In this document: positions 36,137 through 47,800 of the stretch, one piece after another
How the letters are laid out: the number at the start of each line of letters is the position of its first letter
Position numbering within the stretch: the first letter of the stretch is position 1
DNA from: Moniliella sp. 'wahieum'
Taxonomy: Eukaryota
Reading direction: 5' to 3'
Assembly: GCA_003971905.1 (NCBI GenBank)
Contig: RSEE01000063.1
Coordinates: 248,001 to 312,000, forward strand
Length of the DNA: 64,000 nt
The notes under the pieces: model-generated
Told to the model about the DNA's origin: nothing
The model's input: the letters and a program-made list of their open reading frames with translations, nothing else
Database searches by the model: none
Made by a program: the position numbers and the translations under genes

Positions 36137-39100
36137 GAACTCGCGGGCAACCAGGACATCCAGTCTCGTCACGACTCGGGCGCGGATCCTAGCATCTGGA
36201 AGGATCTCAGGGTATTCAAAACCCTCAAGCCCAGCAACCGCTCAATCGAAATCGCTGATGGAAAACATATTAAAGCCAGTGGACGCGGAACATGTAGCAT
36301 CGGTATCAAGTGTACCGACGGCAAATGTATCCATGTAGACCTACCCGGCAGTCTATACGTCCCCGGCATAGCAAGCAATCTCACGAGCGTAGCGCAAATA
36401 AGTGACGCAGGCCACGCATCCTGGTTCGCCCCCCACCGAAAAGGTATCTGGTTAAATGACAAGCATGGCAAATATCACCAAATCGCGGATTCCTCATACA
36501 AGCTGAACATCGTCCCGAAACCGACACCCACAAACGAACACGCGGCCAAAGCTGCCGTCGCCACCCAACACACACGCAGCCAACACCATCGAGCACGTCA
36601 TGTACGTTCACCAACAGTACAACCACGCCGCGCTAGACCTACTCCACGACACTAACCGCCAACGCGCGAGCGAGCCTCCGCGTCAGCCCTGCCCAAATCC
36701 GACGCATCCGCCCCTTCTGGCATTGTCCCACCTGCACAAAAGCTCTGGCCAAAGCGCCCAGCCACCCTTCGCGCCACGGCCGCCGCATTTCGGAACGTCC
36801 TTTCGAAGTACTGCACGCCGACGTAGTCGACCTCCCTCGCATCACTGGCATGGGACATGGATACGCCCTGGTCGCGGTTGATGACTGGAGCCGTTACACC
36901 TTCGCTGTTCCCCTAAAGACGAAAGGACAAGCCACGGCGGAGCTGAAAAAACTCATCACCCGCGAGCAACGCATCGGAAAGGACCGTCTGCTTCGCATCT
37001 TGAAGACAGACAATGCCCCCGAGCTCACCAGCGCACTCCGTCCGTTCCTTGAATCCGAAGGTATCACGACGGAAACCACCATACCAGGCCAAAGTCAATC
37101 AAATGGGGTGGCCGAGCGAGCCATCCAGGCAATCACCACACGCGCGCGCCAACTCATCATCGCCTCGGGCCTCCCGACATCAAACTGGTGGCAGGATGCC
37201 TTGCTGGCAGGGTGCTGGACGCACAACCTCATGCCACCGACATCTCCACGCCAGGGCACACAATCTCGGGCTGAGCTGTACAAGGGGTCACCCCCACCGC
37301 TGCCAATGCACGCCTTCGGATCCTTGGCGTACCTTCACCTGGCCCAGGACCAACGTGACCATAAGCTCAGTCCGCGGGCTGTCGAAGCCATGCTCGTCGG
37401 GTACGACGCAGGTCGAGGTACAAAGGGTTGGCGCTGGGCTGTGTACGACCCGTCCATGGGCACGTTCCGATCCCAATGGGCAAAACCATACAAGTGGACC
37501 CAGCGCCAATACCACGAGGTTTTCCCCGACCGCTTTCCGCCTGACGTATCTCGCTTCCCCGCTCAACCCCTGCCTGACAGAACTATGACTGACACTGAAA
37601 CCAAAAAGGGAGAAGAAAAAATGAACAAAATTGAAGTTGCAAATCCCAACACACCACCGAGAATCAACACTGATACTGACGCGACCATCGCAAGACAAAA
37701 CGACACCCATCCAACCACCCCCACCACCAGACGGTACCCCCCCGGACCCACCAGCGCCGTTTTGACCTTGACTGGGCACAGCTCCCCGTAGCGGACGACC
37801 CTCATGATGGTGACTTCCACGCACACGCTGCCGCGCTGCCTCCGGTTCCCCTCCCTGACGGTAGTCGTAGTCCTGCGATCGGCCTACGCTTCCCACTGCC
37901 CGACACTGCCCTGCCCGCGTACAGCGACGGTCTCCATCCGCCTGAATACAAGGCGATGATCGCCCTTAGCGAGCCAGGGCCGCACGAGCGCATCCAGCTC
38001 ACCAAGGACGGAGTACCTGTTGCACCCAAGACAATGAAGGGCCTCCAATCACACCCCCTCATTCGAACCAGTGCTGGAGGCGATGCGCACGGAAATCGAC
38101 ACCCTAGCCCGCTACGGCACATTCGAAGTCGTCACGCCCCCTCCAGACGCGCAGCTGCTGATTGGTCTATGGCGCATCAACACCAAAACGGACGCGGACG
38201 GAAATTTCCTACGCTACCGAGCCCGTCTCGTTGCCGGGGGCCACCAGCAGGATGCTGACACATGGGGACAAACATTCGCCCCTGCCGTGCGCACTCCTGC
38301 CATCCTCAGCCTTATCGCCCTTGCTGGAAAGTTCGGCCTCCACCTCTTCACTGCTGATGTGCACTCTGCCTATTTGAACGCTCCCCTCACGGAAAAAGTG
38401 TACCTCCGCCCACCCCCATTCTTTCCCGAGGAAAAAGGCAAGGTCTGGCGTCTCCGGAAAAGCCTATATGGCCTCCACCAATCCGGCGCAAACTGGGCGG
38501 TATTCATCCGTGACTTGCTCCGCGGAGACATGGGTTTTGTACAATCTCTGGCTGAGCCGTGCTTGTTCATCCGACCCCGTAAAGGCGACACGGTCCTCCT
38601 TGCCGTGCACACCGACGATCTTCTCATCGCCTGCACGTCTCACGCACGCTACGATTCCTTCCTCACTGAGATCAACACCCATATCGAGGTGCGGGGAAAC
38701 GGCCCCCTACACTACCATCTTGGCTGCCAGTACGACACCATAAACGGGAAACTGTACCTTAGCCAGCCAAAATTCATTGAGGAATCCATTGCCAAACATG
38801 AGGTTCCGCCACCCCTGGTTATGGGCCTCCCCCACCCCAGCAAGATGATCCCCGCGCGCACCGACCCCGAACCGCCCGCACTGCCCGCCGAGAGACGCGA
38901 CTATCAAGCCAAAGTAGGATCTGGGCTGTGGGCTGCCCGCATGTGCCGCCCTGATGCGCTGTTCGGCATCTCAGCTCTAAGCCGAGCAACTGCCGATCCC
39001 TCCAAGGCCCACCGCGCTGCGGCAACAAACTTCCTCCGCTACCTCTACGGTACCAAGGGCTACGGTCTCCGACTAACACCCGAGCCTAACGCACCCGCTC

Positions 39101-39615
39101 TCGCGCTATACACGGATGCCGACCTGGCTGGAGACCCTGACCAATGGCGTTCCACGTCGGGATGCCTGCTTTTCGTCTACGGGGTTCCAGTGTCCTGGAG
39201 GAGCGTGCGTCAACCCAAGAGCGTCACCAACACTGCTGCGGCCGAATATACGGCGGGATATGAGGGCCTCATTGATGCGAACTACGTTAAAAACATCTTA
39301 CTGGAGCTCGGTGCCATCACCTCAGACGAGCCCATACACTGGTACTGCGACAACATGGCGGCACTTGCCTTGGCCGAAAAAGTGGGCAGCACGGGCAAAC
39401 TACGTGAGCTGAACATCCGGTACCACAACGTACGCCAGCATGTCGACTCGGGCGAAGTCAAAATCGCGCACATTGCTGGAAACGAGAACCCGGCCGACAT
39501 CCTCACCAAACCAGCCACTAAGGTCTCACTCCTGGCCAACTTGCCTCGCCTCAAGCTTGAGGACGTTACAACCTTCCATCGTACCACTGAGACCTCTGGC
39601 CAGCGGGGGTGTTGA
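36137..39615 (+). CDS. pol: Retrotransposon Pol (protease, integrase, RT, RNase H) with a few frameshifts
   Basis: PR: DSGA at 36173-36184, IEIADG, LYVPGIASNLTSV. IN: HQQYNH, CPTC, VDDWSRY, KTDNAPE, SNGVAER. RT: RYRARLVAGG, DVHSAYLNA, LRKSLYGLHQS, HTDDLL. RNase H: YTDAD, CDN, ENPADILTK. Confidence 0.93.
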
Positions 39616-39820
39616 CCACCAGTGGTCTAGAGCCCATCGGCCTTCAGTGACACGTGGCCCGATCCACACAGTGCACCGGGGCAGTGAGTTCCGACCCTTC
39701 CACGGGTTTCCACTGGCCTCCAGGCCAGGAGCCTATCAAGGCCCATAGCTCTAGCTCTCCTTAGCTCTTGAATGCCATCTCCATCGACCATCGCCAGCAT
39801 CGCTAGCTAGGCCTGTGACA
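39610..39820 (+). repeat. 3' LTR (211 bp)
   Basis: Matches the 5' LTR; preceded by a short G-rich tract and followed by the TSD TCCCA. Confidence 0.95.
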
Positions 39821-40514
39821 TCCCATCTGTACCTTCGGTATGTTCCGTTTGTGGGGGCTATGCACAAGCATGCACGGGCCAGTCAGGCTAGTCAGGCTCC
39901 TGACAACGTTTTGGACCAGGCCCCGAGCGTCGTAACATCATCGCAGCCGTGTCATCATGTTATGCACGTGACGCCGTCACAAGAAACATACAACAGGGAC
40001 CAATGCTCTCACATGTGACACGTCCATTCGGGCGTGTAGCTGGGCGTATCCTGCTGTAGCAAGCGAACCACACAGTATAGCTCTGGGGGGGCGCCCTGAG
40101 GCGCCCCACTGGCGCCACCATGTGCCTCTCGCCTGTTAATCGAGCTTTCAACGTTCAACGTTCAACGTTTCAAACAGTTTGGTTCGACCGGGAACCACAG
40201 ATCGAGATCGCATATGGAGTCAGTCATATGTCACGTGCCACATGTCCAAAGCATGCACACCGCGCAACCCTATCCCAATTGTGCATTAGCTAAGGTGCTG
40301 GGGCAGCCAAACCCTAACAACAAAAATGCAGATCCAGCGGAGCGCTGTTTGGCATCGCTCATCAATCTCGCCATGCCACCTATTTTATTGCGCCAACCCT
40401 ATCGTAACCCTATAGCCCCTGCCCGCACCATCGGAAGCCGTGGCGCTGGCATGCCCGATCGCACTCGCTCTGCCTGCTAGCTTGCCAACCGCCACTCGAT
40501 TATCTTCGCCCAGA

Positions 40515-41052
40515 AGTGCGTATCCTTGCCTGTCTTCTCCGTGGGGGAAGGGGGGTGCCATCTCCTTCAATGTGTGAAGGGTTCCCCCCCTGCTTCTATG
40601 GCACCCGGAAGTCGGCTGCATTCTTTAAGGCGCCGGATTCTCCTACCCCTTCTGGTTCCCTTTCCAACGGGGTATGTACTGACTGTTTGGCAGTGACGAC
40701 CAAGCGTAGGAACGGTGGCCGCAACAAGCACGGCCGTGGCCATGTCAACTTTGTGCGCTGCTCGAACTGCTCGCGCGCCGTTCCCAAGGACAAGGCGATC
40801 AAGCGCTTCACTGTCCGGAACGTGGTGGAGGCCGCTGCTGTGCGTGACATGAGTGAGGCGTCGGTGTACGCTGAGTACACCCTTCCCAAGCTGTACAACA
40901 AGGTCCACTACTGCGTCTCTTGTGCCATCCACTCGAAGACGGTGCGCGTCCGTTCGCGTGTTGACCGCCGCAATCGTGCCCCTCCCGTTCGCGTGCGCTT
41001 CAACAAGGACGGCAAGAAGGTCAACCCTGCTGTGGCTCGCGCCTCGGCCTAA
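40515..41052 (+). CDS. RPS26: 40S ribosomal protein S26 (eS26); start codon split by intron 40516-40693
   Basis: A|GTGCGT...TACTGAC...CAG|TG splices to ATG-ACG-ACC-AAG, giving [18 protein letters not shown]...[17 protein letters not shown]...[10 protein letters not shown]. Confidence 0.96.
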
Positions 41053-42289
41053 GACTGTCTTACCCGATTGCGTCAGTTGATCTATGGCATGCCATGCATC
41101 CGTCCACTGGTCTGTTTCCAGTGGCTGAAAAGGGGCGGCTCGCATACGCTCGCCATTCGATGCCCCCTCCCCACCGATATTCCCACGCCGATTGGCTTGG
41201 GTGGTGTGCGATGCATTTTAAACCTATGACGTTTCCATGCCTACATAAAACGGATATTCTTTTGGTAGCGCGCCTGGATCAGACAGGGACGCATTCTAAC
41301 AAAACGACGAAGATGATAGATGAAGGGTTGATTGGTGCATTCCGAAGTCGGACGTTGGCAGATTAGAGCCATTCGCCATTCGCCCTAGACTAAGGAACTT
41401 CTGATCTGCCGGAATCGTGGTACGATGGTGTAATTGCCAAAATGCACCACGTCAGTTCTAACCCCCCCATATTCCCTCCCGTCACGTTCTCCTCTCTCCC
41501 CTCCCCTCATATCTGACTGGTACAGTGTAATGAGTCAAGGAAGAGGTCGACTGCCGCTCGCCTATAAGGACGAAAGAAATGGTCATCCCCGACGTCTGCT
41601 GTCCCGTATGTAGCCCGGACCAACAATGCAATGAGCGCGTCATCTGGCAAGTTCGAGTAGAAGTTTACACACTGAATTGGTCCTCATCCCCGTTTGAGTC
41701 CTGAAGGTTCACTGAAACATGTCTTCTTTGCCGAGAGAGGGGCAGTTTTGGGGGTTGGGCGGGAGCGTCTAAGGGCTGCTGTATCGTAACAACGGCGAAA
41801 GGGGCAGATGGCTCCTGATACACGCCTCCTGTCCAACCGGGGGGAGCTTCCTCGGAAGGCAGTGGTGAGCGGAGGAAGAGACGGCAGGCTATCTCCTTTA
41901 TTTCTCAACTCTCGACTGTGTGTGCTCCTAACTGTGGAGACTGATGCGAACTCCAGCGCTAAGTCTTCGACTTCCACAGGCGAGAACAGGAGGAAGGTGC
42001 CCACCAGGGCGGGAACCGAGGAGTCAATTTGGATGACATAGCATGGATGGACCCGTAACTACCTTGTGATGTTGATGTTGGCGATTGCCAGGGGGGAAGA
42101 ATGGAGTTGGTCATGGGAGCCGTAAGAGTTGGATACTAGAGGCTGTGGGGAGGCACGCGTCGCGTATATAATGGCCGGGATGAAATTTTCAATGTAACCC
42201 GCACCAAAAATGTGACGAAATCCATTGTGGTGTGTCCATGTTTTTTCCTCGGGCTCTCGCTCATCTCCACCGCCACTTCAACGCTAGCG

Positions 42290-42719
42290 ATGTCCTGTAC
42301 GTCTCTAACCCGCTCAGTTGGCTCAGAGAGGACTGCTGACACTCTCCGTAGCAGCCTTTGCGAACGACGGGACTTTTCTCGAGCAATTCCTCAAGCGAAA
42401 AGCCCCCCTGCCTTCACCCCCACCAAAACCTGAGGCCAACGAAGCTCCGCACCAACCCCTAGCTGCGGCTTTGGAAGCTGCGTCATCGGGAGCTGCGGCG
42501 CTTGGGATTAAGGGGCCAGGGGTGAACCAGGATGGTCTTTCGCGTTGGGTTGCGACTCAACGCCGTGTGGAGCATCGCTCCGGCGGCGTCGTCCCAACAG
42601 GTGGTACAGTGTCCGAGCTTGAAGCCCGCGATGCCCGTGACCAATACCTTCTCCAGCTTCGCGCGGCTGAGCGGGGACAGCTCTCAGACGCTCACTCGAC
42701 CCATGCTCTGACCAAGTGA
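42290..42719 (+). CDS. TRIR/C19orf43-like small protein; intron 42297-42351
   Basis: Spliced N-terminus MSSAFANDGTFLEQFLKRK fits the FANDGSFLE motif. C-terminus DARDQYLLQLRAAERGQLSDAHSTHALTK resembles the TRIR C-terminal motif. Confidence 0.72.
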
Positions 42720-44418
42720 TTCCATTATGCCCAAATCCCGTCCGCACGAATCCAACCTCCCACTTTCTGATGAACCAATGGGCAGCGCAGTTGAGTACAT
42801 ACATGTAATGTCCCGCATGCATGTTTTAACACCCGCAACCGCCCTTCCCCCAAGATCCAGTCCCTTCGACCACCGATCATGATGACGTGTTGGTCATGGG
42901 CCTCGATCGTATTGAGGGCAGCTCGGCATACATGAGTCTCCCCCCTTCCGCCTCACTACGCTTTCTGTACAACCCGCGTTACTGATTAATGGTTGCCCAG
43001 CCGAAAGCACTCACTGCTCAGCTTGCTTGTTGGGCCTTGCTAAATCAATTGCGTTGGCGACCAACGCACCTCTCAGATATCAAATCTCACATCCCACGCC
43101 CGCGTTCCTCCCGCTTTGGTTTCCGCTCCTTCCGCATATCCAGGGTTGCCGGCCAGTTTTGGTTGGTTCTGCGTTCCATCTTGTCCTCCCTGGATCCTCT
43201 TCTCCTGTGGAGGGACGCCTCGTGGCGATCTAAAGCCAGAAAAACCCAAGTTATTGGGAGGGGAACCCATGGAGAAGTAAAGTACATGGAATGGCGATGG
43301 TGGTGAACGTTGAACGTTAAGCCTTGAACACTTTGAGGCCGATGTCTAAGCTCTAAGCCGCATGTGGTCTCGAGCCCCAGGACACACCTGGAAGAGGCAG
43401 GGGTTAGAACAAGGGGTTGAATACACCACAAGTAGGCTTCGGAGGTCAATGAGGGATGAGAAAGAAATGTGCTGAGGTTCCCCTGTACGGTCCTCAAGTT
43501 GATCGATGGCGTTCGCAGGTTGCGAAACCCCTGCTTGCTCCACCTCCCTTTCCTGTCTCCTGTCTCCTTCCCTTCAGATCCTTCAACGGTTGCTTGAAGA
43601 CTTATAGCTTAGCGCTTTTTGTCTTCATGCCTTTTTGTCTGTCGAGCATCAACAGGCCAAGGAGAACCGGATAGCATGCCGAGGACTACTGGAACCATTT
43701 CTCAGGCCCTCACATGCTCACAGCGCTCAGTGAGCAGGCCCCTGAGCCTCAGGCCTCAGGCCGTGTCCTGTCACATGTCACATGTCAGTCCTCAAGGCCT
43801 CAGGGCCTCAGGCTTAGATAGGTAGGATGTAAGGCAGGATTCTGGTCGCTCTTGGAGAGCTCGAAGCTTGAGGTGCACCTTGGCAATTATCGTTTACAGT
43901 GGATCCACCGAGACCCTGTCGAACCAGACGAGTGTCCGATAGCTTTTCATACGCGGCGCTGTCTGTGATGGACGCAGGGTGCGGGTTGCACAGCAAGGAG
44001 GCGCTGGTGCTGTCGACGAACATTCGAGGAGTTCGGTGTAACGTGGCGAGCAAAGCGAGCGAGTCGCCCCAAGTGCTATTCCTTATCTATGCACAACGTC
44101 CTCAGCATATCATAGGCACCATGCATCATGCACATCATGCATCATGCAACATCCAAGCCCACAAACTGGCTTGCCTCCTTATTGTGGACGCTCCAACGCC
44201 TTCCTCGGCCTCAGGCCTCACCGGTCAGCGGAGGGGGGTCAAGCTTCAAGGGCTGGTCAAGGCCTATAACACAGTAGGGAGTGCCCCTGTGTATTGCAAA
44301 TCGTTGGAGGCATGTACGATTGAGACATATGACGATGAATCCGTTAGCGGTGGCGTCATGCATTGGCCAACTGAGTGGGTTCTTGCACAGATAGTAGTCT
44401 CCTATATGTGGCAGATTG

Positions 44419-44426
44419 TATAAAAG
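44419..44426 (+). promoter_or_regulatory. TATA box
   Basis: TATAAAAG about 75 bp upstream of the ATG at 44495. Confidence 0.55.
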
Positions 44427-44494
44427 GGAGTCCTCTCTCAGTATGTTTATTCTCCATCGTTCCCCCCCCATCTTGATCCTACGGCATCGTCATC

Positions 44495-44831
44495 ATGTCC
44501 GAAGTACGTGCACTCTCTGACACCGTCCGTTCTAATGTGTAGTGAGCAATCTGCGGTCATTGCAGATATGCTCGAGAGCATTGTACAAAAGTGCTAACCA
44601 TTCCCTTGTTCTATATAGCAGCAGCAACAGCCTCAGGGCAACCAGCAGAGCCAGCAGGGCCAACAGGGTCAACAGGGTGGATTCACCAACAACTACGTTG
44701 ACAAGGCCGTCGAGTACGGCGAGCAGCAGGTCCTTGGTCACGACCTGAGCCAGAATCAGACCCAGGAGATCAGCAACGGCATCGAGACGGGCATCAAGTC
44801 CCTCACGGGCCAGAGCCTGCCTGGTCTCTAA
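44495..44831 (+). CDS. Small (73 aa) Gln/Gly-rich hydrophilic protein; intron 44504-44618
   Basis: ATG TCC GAA|GTACGT...GCTAAC...TAG|CAG gives MSEQQQQPQGNQQSQQGQQGQQGGFTNNYVDKAVEYGEQQVLGHDLSQNQTQEISNGIETGIKSLTGQSLPGL*, with strong C/G third-position bias. Not in the ORF track. Confidence 0.8.
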
Positions 44832-47800
44832 TATATTGTTGGCATGGTGATTTGGAAACTCTTTTCTCTTGCGCGTGGCTTGTCCACTGTATCGCAATCA
44901 TGCTCAACTATACATCTTTTGTGCCTGCCTATAATGAAAGCACTGTGGGGAAGGGCCCTTTTGTATATAGTAGCTTGGGTTGATCCACCTGTGTATTCGC
45001 TGGTACATGTGTGATACTTGCTCATGTGGCGTACGGCCTTAACACCTCTGGACCATCGAAAGTAAGGGACACAATTCCACTGTGTTGGAGCAAGCGAAAT
45101 GCGGCAAGGCCGCCAAGTGCCATTCAAGAGCTGTTCTTCTCCCCTTTGTCATGACGATGAGCGGGTACTAAATGCCACCAACACGACCAATAACAGGTTT
45201 TTTAAGTACTGCAAACTAACCTTTACTCGGGATGAGTTTCATTGGAGAGGAACAAAGTTCCTTTTTGTCCCTGCTTTTGAGTTCTCTAAAGCTATGACTA
45301 ATTCAAACATATGGAGATCTGTTCTATACAAAAGACAACGTAGTGGAGATGAGATGAGATGCTTCATTTTTCATCCAACACCGTGAAGAACACCACAACC
45401 AATCGGTGTAAGTGTTTACTATAGCTAATAGCTCTCCATGAAGTTGGAAGACAGAATGGCTTCTCATTGTTCTCTGTGTTTAGCAAAAACAGGGGAGTAT
45501 GCATGTCCCACGGGCGCGGGCTGCGGCACATCGACTAGTTCTGGCCTAGGACAGCAGAACACCAACGGCGTCTATAAAGACATTGATGTTGTTCTTCCTG
45601 AGGGCTGAAAGTCAACCTTCTGGTCGGTTTTGGACTTTTGTTGACTGATCCGGTTCCTAGCGGAGCGTGGGAACTGTGTTCCCAGTTTTCCGTCTATATT
45701 CCTTGCTGCGGCCCATGAGCATGGTCGCTAAAAACCCCCCTTTCTCCGTTGCATTGTCTCTTCTTTATCTCGATCCATTGTGAATGGCCCTTGAACTCTA
45801 TTTTGTTCTCTTTCACCCTCCTGATAGTGGATGGTTATCTTTCGTCTACAATCTTCGTCCACACATTGCCGTATCAACAGTTTTTTGGTCCAAAACTACC
45901 CTTGACCCGAATGGTACAACTCCCTTAGCCCCTCCTACTTTATCGGTCCCAGACCAACAGCTTCCAGCGACCGACTTTCAGTGGTATTCCACAGTTTCCC
46001 CTCTCGGCCGGGCAGACAATGCTGCCGCACTCCGGCATCTTCTCTATCGCTTTTTCGCACGGATTAACTCTGTGATCCCAAGAGAGTTGAATTTTTTTGT
46101 CCGTGACCGGAGAACCTATCCAAAATTCTGCCCTTTTATACCTGCATCATCTTCCCATTCACGCAGCCTTTAATCATAGAACAACACAGACAAAATGCGC
46201 GCTAATCTTACCTCTGATGTGCACGTATTTTACGCGACAAGCACGCCGACGCCCTGAGGAGGCGGTCTCACCTGGCTGCTTTTGTTGATCGACGGGCTTG
46301 AGGGCCAATCTTCATCTCTACGCACGCCATGCGACTTGATGCTCTTTCCCGAGTTGACTGAAGTGACCCCAGACTCAAGGTTTTGGACGTGGTCGATCGG
46401 GCTCCAGACTGGTTTATTAGTGCATGACTCCATGATTCTTCTCCTTATTTTCCTTGCTGGATCTAGTTCCACTTCCTGTCTTTGAACCACCATCTCATTC
46501 AGCTCTTCAATAGCAGACCAGGGGAGAACATCTGCTCATCCGCGATCATGCGTCTGAGTGTGGTCCATTCTCTCGAAGGGAAATCGCTCGCATCAATATA
46601 TGGGCCGGGTACCAGTCCTAGTATGTCCGGCCATGACAAGGATGACCAATTTCATGGTCTATTCCTCGTCCCCACATATTGCGAGGTATTCAGTCGAGTT
46701 GCCAATCGCCCTCTCGAGAGGCAAAAAGTTGGCCCTTCTTTCCGAATCCATCGGTATTGTCGTCTGAGCACAGAGTGTGTGTTGAGAATTACACTGCGAA
46801 ACTATTCTGCTCAGCGCGAAGCAAACACTTGGCCTGATTTGGATACAGCTACACACTGTTGCCACTGCCACAATCGGGGGAGGATGAGGCGAAAAAAGAG
46901 GGAGGAAAGAGTTTTGAAACCAGATATGGTAGAGGGAATGTAGTAATCGTTCGTGGAGAAGAACGAAGAGGATGGGGCTTTTGGGGCAAAGCAAAAGAGA
47001 ACAAGGAAAGAGCGCAGAGACGCTCGATACAATTGATAGCATTACGCTTCCCACTTTTGTTTAAGCGTGAAGCTACATCAGCTGATCGAGAGTACCAAGT
47101 TAGCATAGTGGCCGGGTGCCGGTGAGCCGACGGGTTTTCCGCACAGCCACACGTTAGGACATGAGTGAGGCCTATAATATAAGGCTTTGGCCACTCGCCT
47201 TAGGTCTAAAGGCTTGGACCTTTAAGATCTCATTGAAGTACCCACAGGCACCTACTACACACAGATCCAGTCACGAGTGAAGATGGGTTGGCGGTCCCGG
47301 CTGAGCTTGCGCGCTCCTCTCGCCTTCCTCACTCTGACCCAAGCCTGGTCAAAGAATGAGCAATGACAATGCCGTCTCCTCCTTGTTGGAGAGTGGACAA
47401 TGAAGAACCCACCTAGCCCACAGAGTCCGTTCCTAGCCTTAACCACGCGGTGACCCACGCGACCATCCCCGCGGCCATCAGCCTTGCATGTCCACGCGGC
47501 AATAGTCGTCTTCTGCGCAAGTGGAACTGTGGCCACATTCGTGCCACGAATTGTCGGCATCGTTGCGACGATAGTTGTCCCGTGCCCGTTACCTTACCTT
47601 TGTAGGTTGCCTGTGCGACAAAACCGTCCCCTTTTGTTCTCTTCCCTGCCCCCGTTCTTCCTCCATTGCGTTGGTTCCCTTCTGGTCCGTTTTGTCTGTA
47701 AATAATGGTTCGTGGTTTCCCCCACGGCCGATTGTCTTCTTCCCTTCCTGTCATCAATTCACCTAGTACAGGCAACCTCGTCTCCCCTTAGCCGCCGCCT

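Larger units (their letters stand above)
34547..39820 (+). mobile_element. Full-length Ty1/copia LTR retrotransposon
   Basis: LTRs 34547-34757 and 39610-39820 (TG...CA), 5-bp TSD TCCCA at 34542-34546 and 39821-39825, and domain order gag-PR-IN-RT-RNaseH. Confidence 0.97.

Noticed and set aside
41400..42116. Possible minus-strand gene divergent from the TRIR-like gene
   Set aside because: Only fragmentary ORFs with no recognisable family; too uncertain.
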